Shown here piece after piece: positions 1 through 8,817 of a DNA stretch of 27,403 nucleotides; position 1 is the first letter of the stretch, and each line of letters opens with the position of its first letter. This DNA comes from Halalkalibacterium halodurans (GTDB taxonomy: Bacteria > Bacillota > Bacilli > Bacillales > Bacillaceae_D), in contig NZ_SNUY01000030.1 of NCBI RefSeq assembly GCF_004376175.1, positions 18,236-45,638 of the forward strand. Reading direction: 5' to 3'. Position numbers and translations under genes: made by a program. The notes under the pieces are model-generated. The model had not been told where the DNA came from, made no database searches, and saw nothing but the letters and a program-made list of their open reading frames with translations.

Positions 1-223
1 AGTGTATCGAGCACTGAAAGACTTGAAAGGCTTTTAAAAACCATAAGATTCTAGACAGAGGAGAACCATAAATTCATAAATTCGCTTACACTCATGAGGA
101 TGGAAAATACTCCTCCCACAAAAGGTTGACACAATCGATTTTGACCATCAACTTGACAACGTCCGTCTAGTTATACGTATACACAAAAAGGGTACCTTCT
201 GATAAAGTTAATTGTTAATTTAT

Positions 224-1615
224 TTATTTCCCTTCATAAACAAGGAGTGTACAACTCTCCACCTGAGCTGTCCACGGGAACATATCCACGGGTTGAATGT
301 TTTTCACTTTGTAACCTGATCGCTGCAACTGTTCTACGTCCTTCGCTAAGGTGGACGGGTTACAGGATACATAGACGATCCGTTTCGGTTTTGTTTGCTT
401 GATCGTTTTCAGCAATTGGTCGTCACAGCCTGTTCGGGGTGGGTCGACAACGATGACATCAGGAATCCAACCAGATCGAACCCAAGCGGGGATGATTTTC
501 TCGGCTTTTCCAACCTCGTATTGAACGTTTGTTATCCCTTGCCTTTTTGCATTTTCTTTAGCATCTTCAATGGCTTCAGCAATGACGTCCATGCCGCGAA
601 CTTCTTTTGCTTGATTAGCTAACCATAAGCCGATCGTACCGACTCCACAATAGGCATCAATTACTTTTTCCTTTCCTGTTAGCGCGGCGGCTCGCTTCAC
701 TTCGTTGTAGAGCTTAACCGTTTGCTTCGGATTTAGTTGAAAAAAGGCCCGTGCCGATAAAGAAAAGGAAATGTCGCCGAGCGTTTCCTCGATCGTTTCT
801 TCACCGAACAAGGAAATCGTTTCGTCGCCCATAATCAAGGATGTTTTTTTCGGATTGATGTTCTGCTGTAACGATTTAACATGAGGAAGGCGCCTTTTAA
901 TTTCTTCAACAAGCAAATTCTTCTTGGGGAAATCCTTTTTTGTTGTCACAAGAATTACTTGCAATTCCCCTGTCTCAAATCCGACCCGACTGACGACCGA
1001 GCGTAAAATCCCTGTTCGCTTCCGTTCGTTATACGTAGGGATCTGTAAGTCTTGCACGATTTGTTTTACCGCTTCAGACGCTTCATTCGTTGCATCATGC
1101 TGCACGAGGCAACTAGACAGATCCACAAGCTTGTGTGTATTCATCGCATACAATCCTGCTTTCACCTGACCCTTTTCCGTCTTAAGCTGTAATTGACTTT
1201 TGTTGCGATACGCCCAAGGATCCTCCATGCCAATCGTTGGCAAAATCGTTAATGTATCTGCTCGTAACGTAGTATGCCGTTCAAAGGCTTGCTTTACGAT
1301 CTCTCGCTTTTCCTTTAATGTTGCTTCATATGATAAATGCTGTAATTGACAGCCTCCACACTGGTCATAGACAGGACAAGGCGGGCTGATTCGGTCGGGA
1401 GACGACTTGCGAATTTTCCGAATAGACGCCTCGGCGAAACGAGGTTTCACATCGGTCACCTCTACAACCACTTCTTCTCCTGGAAGCGCTCCTGGAACAA
1501 ACACCACATGACGCTTGAAATAGCCAACACCTTCTCCATTTATCCCCAGTCGCTTAATGGTCAAAGGGAACCGCTGTCCTTTTTTTAATACAGCATTTGT
1601 CGCTTGTTTCGTCAT
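224..1615 (-). CDS. rlmCD: 23S rRNA (uracil-C5)-methyltransferase, RlmCD/RumA family (TRAM + Fe-S + SAM methyltransferase)
   Basis: 463-aa ORF. The N-terminus has a TRAM-like segment ([13 protein letters not shown]...[12 protein letters not shown]). A Cys cluster follows ([14 protein letters not shown] plus a later C). The C-terminus carries class I SAM-MTase motifs ([30 protein letters not shown]). Confidence 0.9.
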   Translation of the reverse strand: MTKQATNAVLKKGQRFPLTIKRLGINGEGVGYFKRHVVFVPGALPGEEVVVEVTDVKPRFAEASIRKIRKSSPDRISPPCPVYDQCGGCQLQHLSYEATLKEKREIVKQAFERHTTLRADTLTILPTIGMEDPWAYRNKSQLQLKTEKGQVKAGLYAMNTHKLVDLSSCLVQHDATNEASEAVKQIVQDLQIPTYNERKRTGILRSVVSRVGFETGELQVILVTTKKDFPKKNLLVEEIKRRLPHVKSLQQNINPKKTSLIMGDETISLFGEETIEETLGDISFSLSARAFFQLNPKQTVKLYNEVKRAAALTGKEKVIDAYCGVGTIGLWLANQAKEVRGMDVIAEAIEDAKENAKRQGITNVQYEVGKAEKIIPAWVRSGWIPDVIVVDPPRTGCDDQLLKTIKQTKPKRIVYVSCNPSTLAKDVEQLQRSGYKVKNIQPVDMFPWTAQVESCTLLVYEGK

Positions 1616-1751
1616 TTTCCTTCATACCTCTCTTTTTCGCTACGCTTCCATTATAGCATGCCCTGCAAACTTCCTAAACTTACTAGACGGGCGAGCCAAT
1701 CTTTTTTGCTAGAATAATAATAGTAATAGAGAGATGAGAGGAAGTGTGAGA

Positions 1752-2114
1752 ATGTCGATTCCTACCGACGTCGTGTCATTGCAAATTATGGCCCAAGTGT
1801 ACCAGAAGAAAGGCTTGCAATCGATTTTTAAGAAAACAGTCGAAAGCCTTGTCGAGCATGTCCCTTACATAGATTGGGCCGGTATCTATATGTATGATCA
1901 GCTTGACTATAAGCTTGTGGCTGCCTCTAATTTTGAAGAGGATTTGCGCTGGGATTGCAACGGTGAATTAAAGTTTCCGATCAAAAATAATGAGGACAAA
2001 GAGGTCGGTATGCTAATTGTTCGTACACTTCAACCGATTGCCTTTGATGTGACAGATGTGAGTACGCTCGAGACTATTGCAACAGCCATCGGCCAAGAAA
2101 GCTACGCTAACTAA
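1752..2114 (+). CDS. small stand-alone GAF-like domain protein (function unknown)
   Basis: The ORF track starts at 1734. The ATG at 1752 follows AGAGGAAGTG (1736-1745) at good spacing. The pattern IDWAGIYMY...KLVAAS...GMLIV...FDVTDVSTLETIA resembles short GAF domains. The assignment is by eye only. Confidence 0.5.
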   Translation: MSIPTDVVSLQIMAQVYQKKGLQSIFKKTVESLVEHVPYIDWAGIYMYDQLDYKLVAASNFEEDLRWDCNGELKFPIKNNEDKEVGMLIVRTLQPIAFDVTDVSTLETIATAIGQESYAN

Positions 2115-2126
2115 TTTGAAAAATGT

Positions 2127-2156
2127 AAAAGAGCTGGAATCCGTCCAGCTCTTTTT
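2127..2156. terminator. bidirectional intrinsic terminator between the GAF-like gene and pdaA
   Basis: AAAAGAGCTGGA - atccg - TCCAGCTCTTTT. The 12-bp stem is flanked by an A-run and a T-run, so it can act on both strands. Confidence 0.8.
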
Positions 2157-2159
2157 CGC

Positions 2160-2954
2160 TTATAGTGGCTTAAGCTGCTTATCCAGCATGTAATCGTCAA
2201 GGCTCTTAAATTCATATCCTTCAGCTCGTGCATCATCAATGACACGTTCGAGCGCTTCGGCATTACCCTTTGAAACGGAATGAAGAAGCATGACGGCACC
2301 CGGATGAATTCGTTTCATAATTTGATCGTAAGCATATTGAGCCCCTTTTTGTTTGTCCACTTCCCAATCTTTATAAGCCATCGACCAAAAGACATTCGTA
2401 TATCCGAGCTTTTCAGATAAAGCTAAGCTTCGTTCACTAAATTCGCCCCTAGGTGGTCGCAAATAGTGCATCTCTTGAATGCCCGTAATTTCAGTGAACT
2501 TTCCCTTTACCTTCTCCAATTCTCGCTCTAATCGCTCATCGCTCACATTCGGCAAACTTGGATGATGCCACGAGTGATTGCCGACAATATGACCTTCTCC
2601 TACCATTCGCCTGATCAATTCCTGCTCGGTTTCTAAGTAATGCCCCGTCACAAAGAAAGTGGCAGGCACTTGCTTGTCTTTTAGCACATCAAGAATCACT
2701 GCCGTATAGCCGTTTTCATAGCCATTATCGAATGTAAGATACAGCTCTTTCCTTGAAGTGTCACCGATAAAAAAGCCACCATATTTGTCGAGCAATTCGA
2801 TGTAATGGGACTCCGTTGTTGCAGGTTCGTTGTTCCGTGACGGCTTAAAGCTCCAGTTGTACGTTTTGTTACTATAGGCCTCAACAGACGGCTTCCACAC
2901 AATAAAAAAACAAACGATGCAAAAGATGAGCGCTAAAATGATTCGTTTCGTCAT
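2160..2954 (-). CDS. pdaA: polysaccharide deacetylase, PdaA-like delta-lactam-biosynthetic de-N-acetylase (spore cortex)
   Basis: 264 aa with an N-terminal hydrophobic signal/anchor. NodB-type motifs are present (LTFDNGY, GNHSWHHP, LRPPRG). The size and neighbourhood resemble B. subtilis pdaA. Confidence 0.85.
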   Translation of the reverse strand: MTKRIILALIFCIVCFFIVWKPSVEAYSNKTYNWSFKPSRNNEPATTESHYIELLDKYGGFFIGDTSRKELYLTFDNGYENGYTAVILDVLKDKQVPATFFVTGHYLETEQELIRRMVGEGHIVGNHSWHHPSLPNVSDERLERELEKVKGKFTEITGIQEMHYLRPPRGEFSERSLALSEKLGYTNVFWSMAYKDWEVDKQKGAQYAYDQIMKRIHPGAVMLLHSVSKGNAEALERVIDDARAEGYEFKSLDDYMLDKQLKPL

Positions 2955-3025
2955 ACGCTGTACTCCCTTTCCGATTTGTCGTTAGTGTGAGAGCACAGAT
3001 TGACGATTATGCCTTCCTTTTTTAA

Positions 3026-3059
3026 GCAAAAACTGCAGCACCATACAGGCACCGCAGTT
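3026..3059 (-). terminator. intrinsic terminator downstream of the fumarase gene
   Basis: The minus-strand RNA is AACUGCGGUGCC-uguau-GGUGCUGCAGUU followed by a U-run. The 12-bp stem includes G-U pairs. Confidence 0.6.
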
Positions 3060-3064
3060 ATCGA

Positions 3065-4603
3065 TTAAAAGACCTTTTCTGCAAATTGTTCGAGCTTTTC
3101 AAGTGATGATTTATCGACATCTTCGTGAAGACTGTTTCCATGAGAATCCATCGTCACAATCGCTGCGAACCCTTCCACTTCTAAGTGCCACATCGCTTCA
3201 GGAATTCCAAATTCCATTAAGTCGACACCCTTCACTTTCTTAATACAGTCCGCATAATATTGAGCAGCGCCGCCAATCGCATTCAAATACACACCGCCAT
3301 GCTCCTGTAAGGCTTTCAATGTTTTTGGTCCCATGCCACCTTTTCCAATGACTGCACGAATGCCGAATTTTTTCATAATGTCTCCTTGGTACGGCTCTTC
3401 ACGAATACTTGTCGTTGGACCTGCTGCCTTTACATGCCATTCCCCTGCGTCATCTTGGAGCATGACCGGTCCGCAGTGGTAAATGATTTGTCCGTCCAAG
3501 TCGATCGGTGCATCATGATCCATTAAGTGATGGTGGATCGCATCTCGACCGGTGTGAAGCATGCCATTAATAATAACGACATCCCCGACCTTTAATTCCC
3601 GAATTTGCTCTTCTGTTACTGGCGCTTCAAGCACAACCTCACGTACTTCCGTTGTCTCAGCGGTTGCAGCGACTTGGCTTGCCACTTCATTTAAGTCGAC
3701 TCGTTCACCATCTTTGTAGAGCCATTTTTTAATCTCACCGGTTTCCGCGTCTAGCTCGACGCCGAGACGACGAAACGCCCAGCAGTTGTACGCAACAGAG
3801 ACAAAAAAGCTTGCTGGGAGACGGTTCATCGCCCCGACCTTACAGCCTAAAAGGGTTGCTTCTCCACCAAAGCCCATCGTACCGATCCCAAGTTTATTTG
3901 CATTCTCTAATACGTATTCTTCGAGCTTTCGCAAGTCGTCATTCGGATTCACATCATCGACTTTGCGGAACAGCTGCTCCTTCGCAAGGCTATAGCTCGT
4001 TGTCCGGTCTCCGCCAATACCAACACCGATAAAACCAGCGCTACAGCCTTGTCCTTGAGCTTGGTATACCGAGTGCATAATGCATTTACGGATTCCGTCA
4101 AGGTCACGTCCAGCACGGCCTAAACCTTCTAGTTCAGCAGGTAAGCTATATTGAATGTTTTTGTTTTCACAGCCGCCTCCCTTTAGGATCAAGCGGGCAT
4201 CAATGTAATCCTCTTCCCATTGTTCAAAATGGATGACCGGCGTTCCTTCTCCAAGGTTGTTGCCACTATTTTTCCCTGTTAGCGAATCAACAGAATTGGG
4301 ACGAAGCTTTCCATCTTTTGTTGCCTGTTCAATGGCTGCATAGATCGCCTTCTTCATCTCAATTTGGTTGACGCCAACGGGAACCTTTATTTCAAATGTT
4401 GGCATTCCAGTATCTTGACAGATTGGAGAGATATTTTCATCGGCCATTTTAATGTTTTCTGTTATGGTCGATAAAGAAAGTGCTGCCCGTGTTCCAGCGT
4501 TCTCTTTTGCCTTTGCTTCTGCAATCGCACGGCGCACATCATTCGGTAAATTGGTTGACGTTTCGACGATGAGTTGATACATGCTTTCCTGCAGTTTCTC
4601 CAT
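3065..4603 (-). CDS. class I (Fe-S type) fumarate hydratase, fused alpha+beta domains (tartrate dehydratase is the alternative in the same family)
   Basis: 512 aa. The N-terminal Fe-S hydro-lyase domain carries CQDTGMP, GGGCENK and the CSAGFIGVGIGGD region. The C-terminal beta domain carries HTGRDAIH and VIGKGGMG. Confidence 0.85.
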   Translation of the reverse strand: MEKLQESMYQLIVETSTNLPNDVRRAIAEAKAKENAGTRAALSLSTITENIKMADENISPICQDTGMPTFEIKVPVGVNQIEMKKAIYAAIEQATKDGKLRPNSVDSLTGKNSGNNLGEGTPVIHFEQWEEDYIDARLILKGGGCENKNIQYSLPAELEGLGRAGRDLDGIRKCIMHSVYQAQGQGCSAGFIGVGIGGDRTTSYSLAKEQLFRKVDDVNPNDDLRKLEEYVLENANKLGIGTMGFGGEATLLGCKVGAMNRLPASFFVSVAYNCWAFRRLGVELDAETGEIKKWLYKDGERVDLNEVASQVAATAETTEVREVVLEAPVTEEQIRELKVGDVVIINGMLHTGRDAIHHHLMDHDAPIDLDGQIIYHCGPVMLQDDAGEWHVKAAGPTTSIREEPYQGDIMKKFGIRAVIGKGGMGPKTLKALQEHGGVYLNAIGGAAQYYADCIKKVKGVDLMEFGIPEAMWHLEVEGFAAIVTMDSHGNSLHEDVDKSSLEKLEQFAEKVF

Positions 4604-4766
4604 CTTTCATCTCCCTTTCCGCTGCGGGTAGTCCATACAGACTCTATTATACGCCTAGTCAAACGATTACGAAAGATGGAACTGTAAGCGTTTTTCGTCT
4701 TCCTTTAATCTACATAATCTCGTTAAAAAATGGAAAACTAACGGTAAAAAAACGAAGGAGGTTGCT

Positions 4767-5240
4767 ATGACTTCTCCATTTGATTCAAAGCGTAGCCTAT
4801 GGTCTGGTATTTTGTTCGGCCTTGGGCTTGTGGCTTTTTTTGATGAGGCGTTATTTCACCAATTGCTTCATTGGCATCACTTTTACGACAGGTCCACAAC
4901 CGAAATAGGCTTAATCTCGGACGGCCTCTTCCATGCCTTCAGTTGGTTTGCCACCATTGGGGGGTTGTTTATGTTTGCTGACTTAAAACGAAAAAAAACC
5001 TTTCAGCGTAGCTATTGGTGGGGCGGGTTATGGCTTGGGGCTGGACTCTTTCAACTGTATGATGGAACGATCCAACATAAACTTATGCGCATTCACCAAA
5101 TTCGTTACGTGGAAAATGTCATTGTGTATGACTTCGTTTGGAACGTACTTGCAATAGCAATGGTCATTATCGGGCTTGTGGTACTTTTCCGTGCCAAACG
5201 AAAATCCCCCCAAGAAAAGGAGGTCAGTTATGAACGGTAA
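4767..5240 (+). CDS. DUF2243-type integral membrane protein
   Basis: 157 aa with about 4 TM segments. It has the His-rich motif FFDEALFHQLLHWHHFY and a strong SD (GAAGGAGG) upstream. The family call is from memory of the DUF2243 motif. Confidence 0.65.
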   Translation: MTSPFDSKRSLWSGILFGLGLVAFFDEALFHQLLHWHHFYDRSTTEIGLISDGLFHAFSWFATIGGLFMFADLKRKKTFQRSYWWGGLWLGAGLFQLYDGTIQHKLMRIHQIRYVENVIVYDFVWNVLAIAMVIIGLVVLFRAKRKSPQEKEVSYER

Positions 5241-6027
5241 TCATTCGACCCACGTTCATACGTTAGGGCTTGAAGAGCAAATCGTTCTGGCGATCCCCTT
5301 TGTCATCGGTCTTGTACTGTACCTGTTGAGTATCGTTCATTCCAACCGTTCCTATTCCTCGTGGCCTTTATACCGGACAAATCTTTGGATCTTGGGTTCC
5401 GTCTGTGCCCTACTAGCCGTCTGTGGCCCGATTGCTACTCGCTCCCATACAGACTTCACGCTACATATGGTCGGTCATTTGCTTCTCGGGATGCTGGCTC
5501 CCTTATTAATGGTGCTAGCAGCCCCTTTCACGGTCGCGTTTCGTGCCCTTCCTGTACAGCATGCCCGTAAGTTGGCCAAACTTTTAAAAAGCCGCTACAT
5601 TCAAGTGATTAGTGATCCGATCGTTGCGTCCATCCTCAACATCGGAGGACTGTGGATTCTCTATACAACCCCATTGTATAATGCGATGCATGGGCATCCC
5701 TTACTTCATATTGTGATCCACCTTCATGTCTTTTTGGCAGGCTATCTTTTTACAGCTTCGATGATTTCAATTGATCCAATGCCGCACCGTACGAGTTTTA
5801 CCTATCGCGGGATTGTCCTTGTCCTTGCGTTGGCAGCCCACGGAATTCTTTCTAAGTATATCTACTTCTCGCCTCCAGCCTCTGTTCCACTGAACCAAGC
5901 AGAAATGGGCGGAGTGCTTATGTATTATGGTGGAGATGCAGTGGATATTGTCTTGATCTTCGTCTTTTTTATGCAATGGTATAAGGCCGTTCGCCCTCGC
6001 ACACCATTTGCCCATGAAAGTCTTTAG
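5230..6027 (+). CDS. ctaG: cytochrome c oxidase assembly factor CtaG-like membrane protein (Bacillus caa3_CtaG type)
   Basis: The ATG at 5230 is preceded by AAGGAGGT and overlaps the stop of the upstream gene by 11 nt. The protein is polytopic, with HMVGHLLLGMLAPLLMVLAAP and further conserved His-containing helices typical of this family. The ORF-track N-terminal extension (from 5176) has no SD. Confidence 0.75.
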   Translation: MNGNHSTHVHTLGLEEQIVLAIPFVIGLVLYLLSIVHSNRSYSSWPLYRTNLWILGSVCALLAVCGPIATRSHTDFTLHMVGHLLLGMLAPLLMVLAAPFTVAFRALPVQHARKLAKLLKSRYIQVISDPIVASILNIGGLWILYTTPLYNAMHGHPLLHIVIHLHVFLAGYLFTASMISIDPMPHRTSFTYRGIVLVLALAAHGILSKYIYFSPPASVPLNQAEMGGVLMYYGGDAVDIVLIFVFFMQWYKAVRPRTPFAHESL

Positions 6028-6083
6028 AAAAGCTCGGTTTATCGCTAGGCCATAATAGAGGAGGCAATCGTTTTTCTTACTCT

Positions 6084-6116
6084 GAAAATCCCCTTTCCGA
6101 TTTTCGTCAAGGGGAT
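6084..6116 (-). terminator. intrinsic terminator downstream of the histidine phosphatase gene
   Basis: The minus strand reads ATCCCCTT-13 nt-AAGGGGAT followed by TTTTC. Confidence 0.6.
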
Positions 6117-6123
6117 CGGCTTG

Positions 6124-6756
6124 TTATAGAAGAGTGTTTGACTTATTGGATAATGTCTCTAAATGATTATTGCGTCCGATGTAGTGGATGAAGAAGCGGT
6201 CATCCTCTGTCCACTCGACTCGGGTAATGTTCGTATTGTCAATCCGAAACGGCCGATGGAAATTGTACCATTGTTCGCCAACGACTAGATACATAAGAAA
6301 AATACTAATAAATCCACCGTGAGATACGATCGCCACATTTTCACCTCGGTGTTTCATTAACAGCTCCGAGCGGAAATGATTGCATCGTTTCGTTAGCTCT
6401 TCTACCGTTTCTGTGCCTTCGATTCCAGAGGTTAGGATCGTAGTTTTTTTCGTCTCTGGATAGTGTTCGTAAATTTCGGCGCGAGTTTTCCCTTGGAACG
6501 GTCCGAGATGGACTTCCCGTGCAAGGGCTGTAGCCTCTACAGGTAAACCTTTCACTTGCCCGATGGCTTTCGCTGTCTCATGAGCCCGCGTTAAGTCACT
6601 GCTGTAAATGTAGTCAAGGGGGATTGCTTTGAAATAGGACCCGAGTTCTGCTGCCTGTTTTTCGCCTAATGGAGAAAGAGGAAAGTCTTCTGTTCCTTGA
6701 ATTTTGCCTAGCTTATTCCCCATGGATTCTCCATGTCTAATTAAGTATAAGTTCAT
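6124..6756 (-). CDS. histidine phosphatase family protein (phosphoglycerate mutase-like)
   Basis: 210 aa. The N-terminal LIRHGES (RHG catalytic motif) and the later SHGG motif are characteristic of the family. Confidence 0.85.
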   Translation of the reverse strand: MNLYLIRHGESMGNKLGKIQGTEDFPLSPLGEKQAAELGSYFKAIPLDYIYSSDLTRAHETAKAIGQVKGLPVEATALAREVHLGPFQGKTRAEIYEHYPETKKTTILTSGIEGTETVEELTKRCNHFRSELLMKHRGENVAIVSHGGFISIFLMYLVVGEQWYNFHRPFRIDNTNITRVEWTEDDRFFIHYIGRNNHLETLSNKSNTLL

Positions 6757-6898
6757 GTTCTCACCTATTCTCGCCTGTTCTGAGCAAAAGGCTAAGTATT
6801 ATGGAAAAAGTGTAGCAGAAAGCTTTTCATTGCTCAATGATTTAGGAAAACCGTTTTAATCCTATGAAAATTTGCTTTCTAAGCCTAGAGGTAAGAAA

Positions 6899-7512
6899 TC
6901 AAAACGCATCAGGTTGGTGATAAACATACATGTGAAGAGCATCCTTATGCTTCGTCAACGTATCAACGATGACTGGTAGAGGATTTACATAAATCGTGTG
7001 GCCATCTTTCTCTCCTACCTTTTCATCGGGCTTAAAGGCGAGCTGCTCTGTTGTTATAGAAAATTGCGCGTCAACCCCCGGTTTATTTCCTCTTGGATCA
7101 AGCCGAATCCAGCGTTGTAATGTTTGACTTATACGGCGTTGAGCCCGTGAAGCGCATACCCTTTTTCAAGTGTATCAAACAACATGAGCCGTTGATAGCA
7201 AAAGCCAGTCGGAACCCCTTGGGCGCGAAGCAAAGCTGCTAACAGGTGGCTTTTTGCATAGCAAATTCCTTCCTTTTCCCTAAGTACATCTGAAGCGGCA
7301 CATGTCACCTTCTGGCTTTGAATGTCCCAAGAGTGGGAAATCTCATCTCGTACAAACAAAAAGGCTTGTTTGATTTTCCCTACTTCATCTAGCTCGTCTA
7401 AAGCCAAAGCTGCTATCGTCTTTTGGATCAACCGATGTGAATAATTAATCACCTCTGTTTCCTGCAAATAGTTTTTTAGCTCTGGCTTTTCACAAGATAA
7501 TTCCATCATCAA
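6899..7512 (-). pseudogene. transglutaminase-like cysteine protease family gene, disrupted by a 1-nt frameshift
   Basis: The annotated 127-aa ORF (7129-7512) ends ...GICYAKSH...HGLNAV*. The next frame continues directly as SQTLQRWIRLDPRGNKPGVDAQFS...HQPDAF* down to the stop at 6899-6901. Restoring one base after GTA TA (about 7130) gives one continuous reading frame of about 203 aa. Confidence 0.75.
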
Positions 7513-7654
7513 TCTCCTTCCACTATGAATGTATATTCATAACAACGTATATAAATTCGTTTATCCACCTGTTCTTTGCTTAAGTCTTTTCGATTAGTAG
7601 CTTATACGTTATGATGAGATAGATATAGATTGCTTGGTAAAAGGAGTTTTTCAT

Positions 7655-8779
7655 GTGAACACGACCCATGCTGTACCATCGATTACGCCAAACAACGACC
7701 CGTGGGAAGCGTATGATGACATAAAAATGTTTGGGAAACCGACATTAACGAATATCGAAGTGACGACAACAACGTTATGCAATATGCGTTGTGAGCATTG
7801 TGCCGTCGGCTACACGCTGCAAACGAAAGATCCAGATGCATTACCTCTCGATCTACTTCTCCGCCGCCTTGATGAAATTCCCCATTTACGGGCGTTCAGC
7901 ATTACAGGTGGTGAGCCGATGCTCTCAAAAAAGTCAGTGGAGTCATACGTCGTGCCCCTTCTCCGTTATGCCCATGAACGAGGTGCTCGGACGCAAATTA
8001 ACTCCAATCTCACGTTAAATATCGAACGATATGAAAAGATTTTACCGTACCTTGATGTTCTTCATATTTCTCATAACTATGGAAGCATTAACGATTTCAC
8101 AGATATTGGCTTTGCTGTCATGGAGAGAAAGCCGTCCATCGAACAGCGAGAAGCTCTATTCCATCGCATGGTGGAAAACGCGAAAATGTTGACGCAAGAA
8201 GGTGTATTTGTCTCTGCAGAAACGATGATAAACAAACGAACGCTCCCACACCTTGAAAAGATTCATGAACAAATCGTATCCATGGGGTGTCAGCGTCATG
8301 AAGTTCACCCGATGTACCCTAGTGATTTTGCGAGCGCCCTTGATGTGGCAAGCCTTGACGAAATTCGCAAAGGGATTCACCGCCTTCTTGATGCTCGTGA
8401 CAAAAAGACGTGGATGCTGTTCGGTACACTTCCGTTTTATCCGTGCAGTGATCAAGAAGAGGATTTGATGCTTCTCAAACGGCTTTACGGTGAACCAAAC
8501 GTAACCGTCCGTAACGACCCAGATGGGCGCTCACGACTAAATGTGAACTTGTTTGATGGAAACATTATTGTAACTGACTTTGGGGATACACCTCCCCTTG
8601 GTAACATTATGACAACGTCGTTCATCGAAGCGTATGAAAAATGGCAGCATTCTGAAATTAGCAAGGAGTTGAGCTGTCATTGCCCAATGGCAGAGTGCTT
8701 AGGGCCGAACATTTTAGTGAAAAACACGTACTATCGCGAAGTAGATTTTCATAAGCGAAAGGCAGTGCTTCATAAGTAA
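7655..8779 (+). CDS. yfkAB: radical SAM / CxCxxxxC motif protein YfkAB
   Basis: It has the radical SAM cluster motif CNMRCEHC and the C-terminal motif CHCPMAEC (CxCxxxxC). The GTG at 7655 lies 8 nt after AAAGGAG. The TTG at 7634 has no SD. Confidence 0.85.
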   Translation: MNTTHAVPSITPNNDPWEAYDDIKMFGKPTLTNIEVTTTTLCNMRCEHCAVGYTLQTKDPDALPLDLLLRRLDEIPHLRAFSITGGEPMLSKKSVESYVVPLLRYAHERGARTQINSNLTLNIERYEKILPYLDVLHISHNYGSINDFTDIGFAVMERKPSIEQREALFHRMVENAKMLTQEGVFVSAETMINKRTLPHLEKIHEQIVSMGCQRHEVHPMYPSDFASALDVASLDEIRKGIHRLLDARDKKTWMLFGTLPFYPCSDQEEDLMLLKRLYGEPNVTVRNDPDGRSRLNVNLFDGNIIVTDFGDTPPLGNIMTTSFIEAYEKWQHSEISKELSCHCPMAECLGPNILVKNTYYREVDFHKRKAVLHK

Positions 8780-8816
8780 AAAAATGGTGACTCCGTTTTA
8801 GGGTCACCATTTTTTA
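8779..8816. terminator. bidirectional terminator between yfkAB and yfkD
   Basis: AAAAATGGTGAC - 11 nt - GTCACCATTTTTT. Confidence 0.8.
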
Positions 8817-8817
8817 G

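Noticed and set aside
1-54. Possible 3' end of a plus-strand gene entering from the left edge
   Set aside because: Two frames are open for only 11-17 codons before stops. The sequence is too short to recognise and has no following terminator.
7524-7541. Rex (redox repressor) box interpretation of the TGAA-N6-TTCA palindrome
   Set aside because: The Rex consensus is TTGTGAA-N4-TTCACAA. Here the half-site spacing is N6 and the flanking GTG/CAC bases are absent. It is kept only as an anonymous palindrome.
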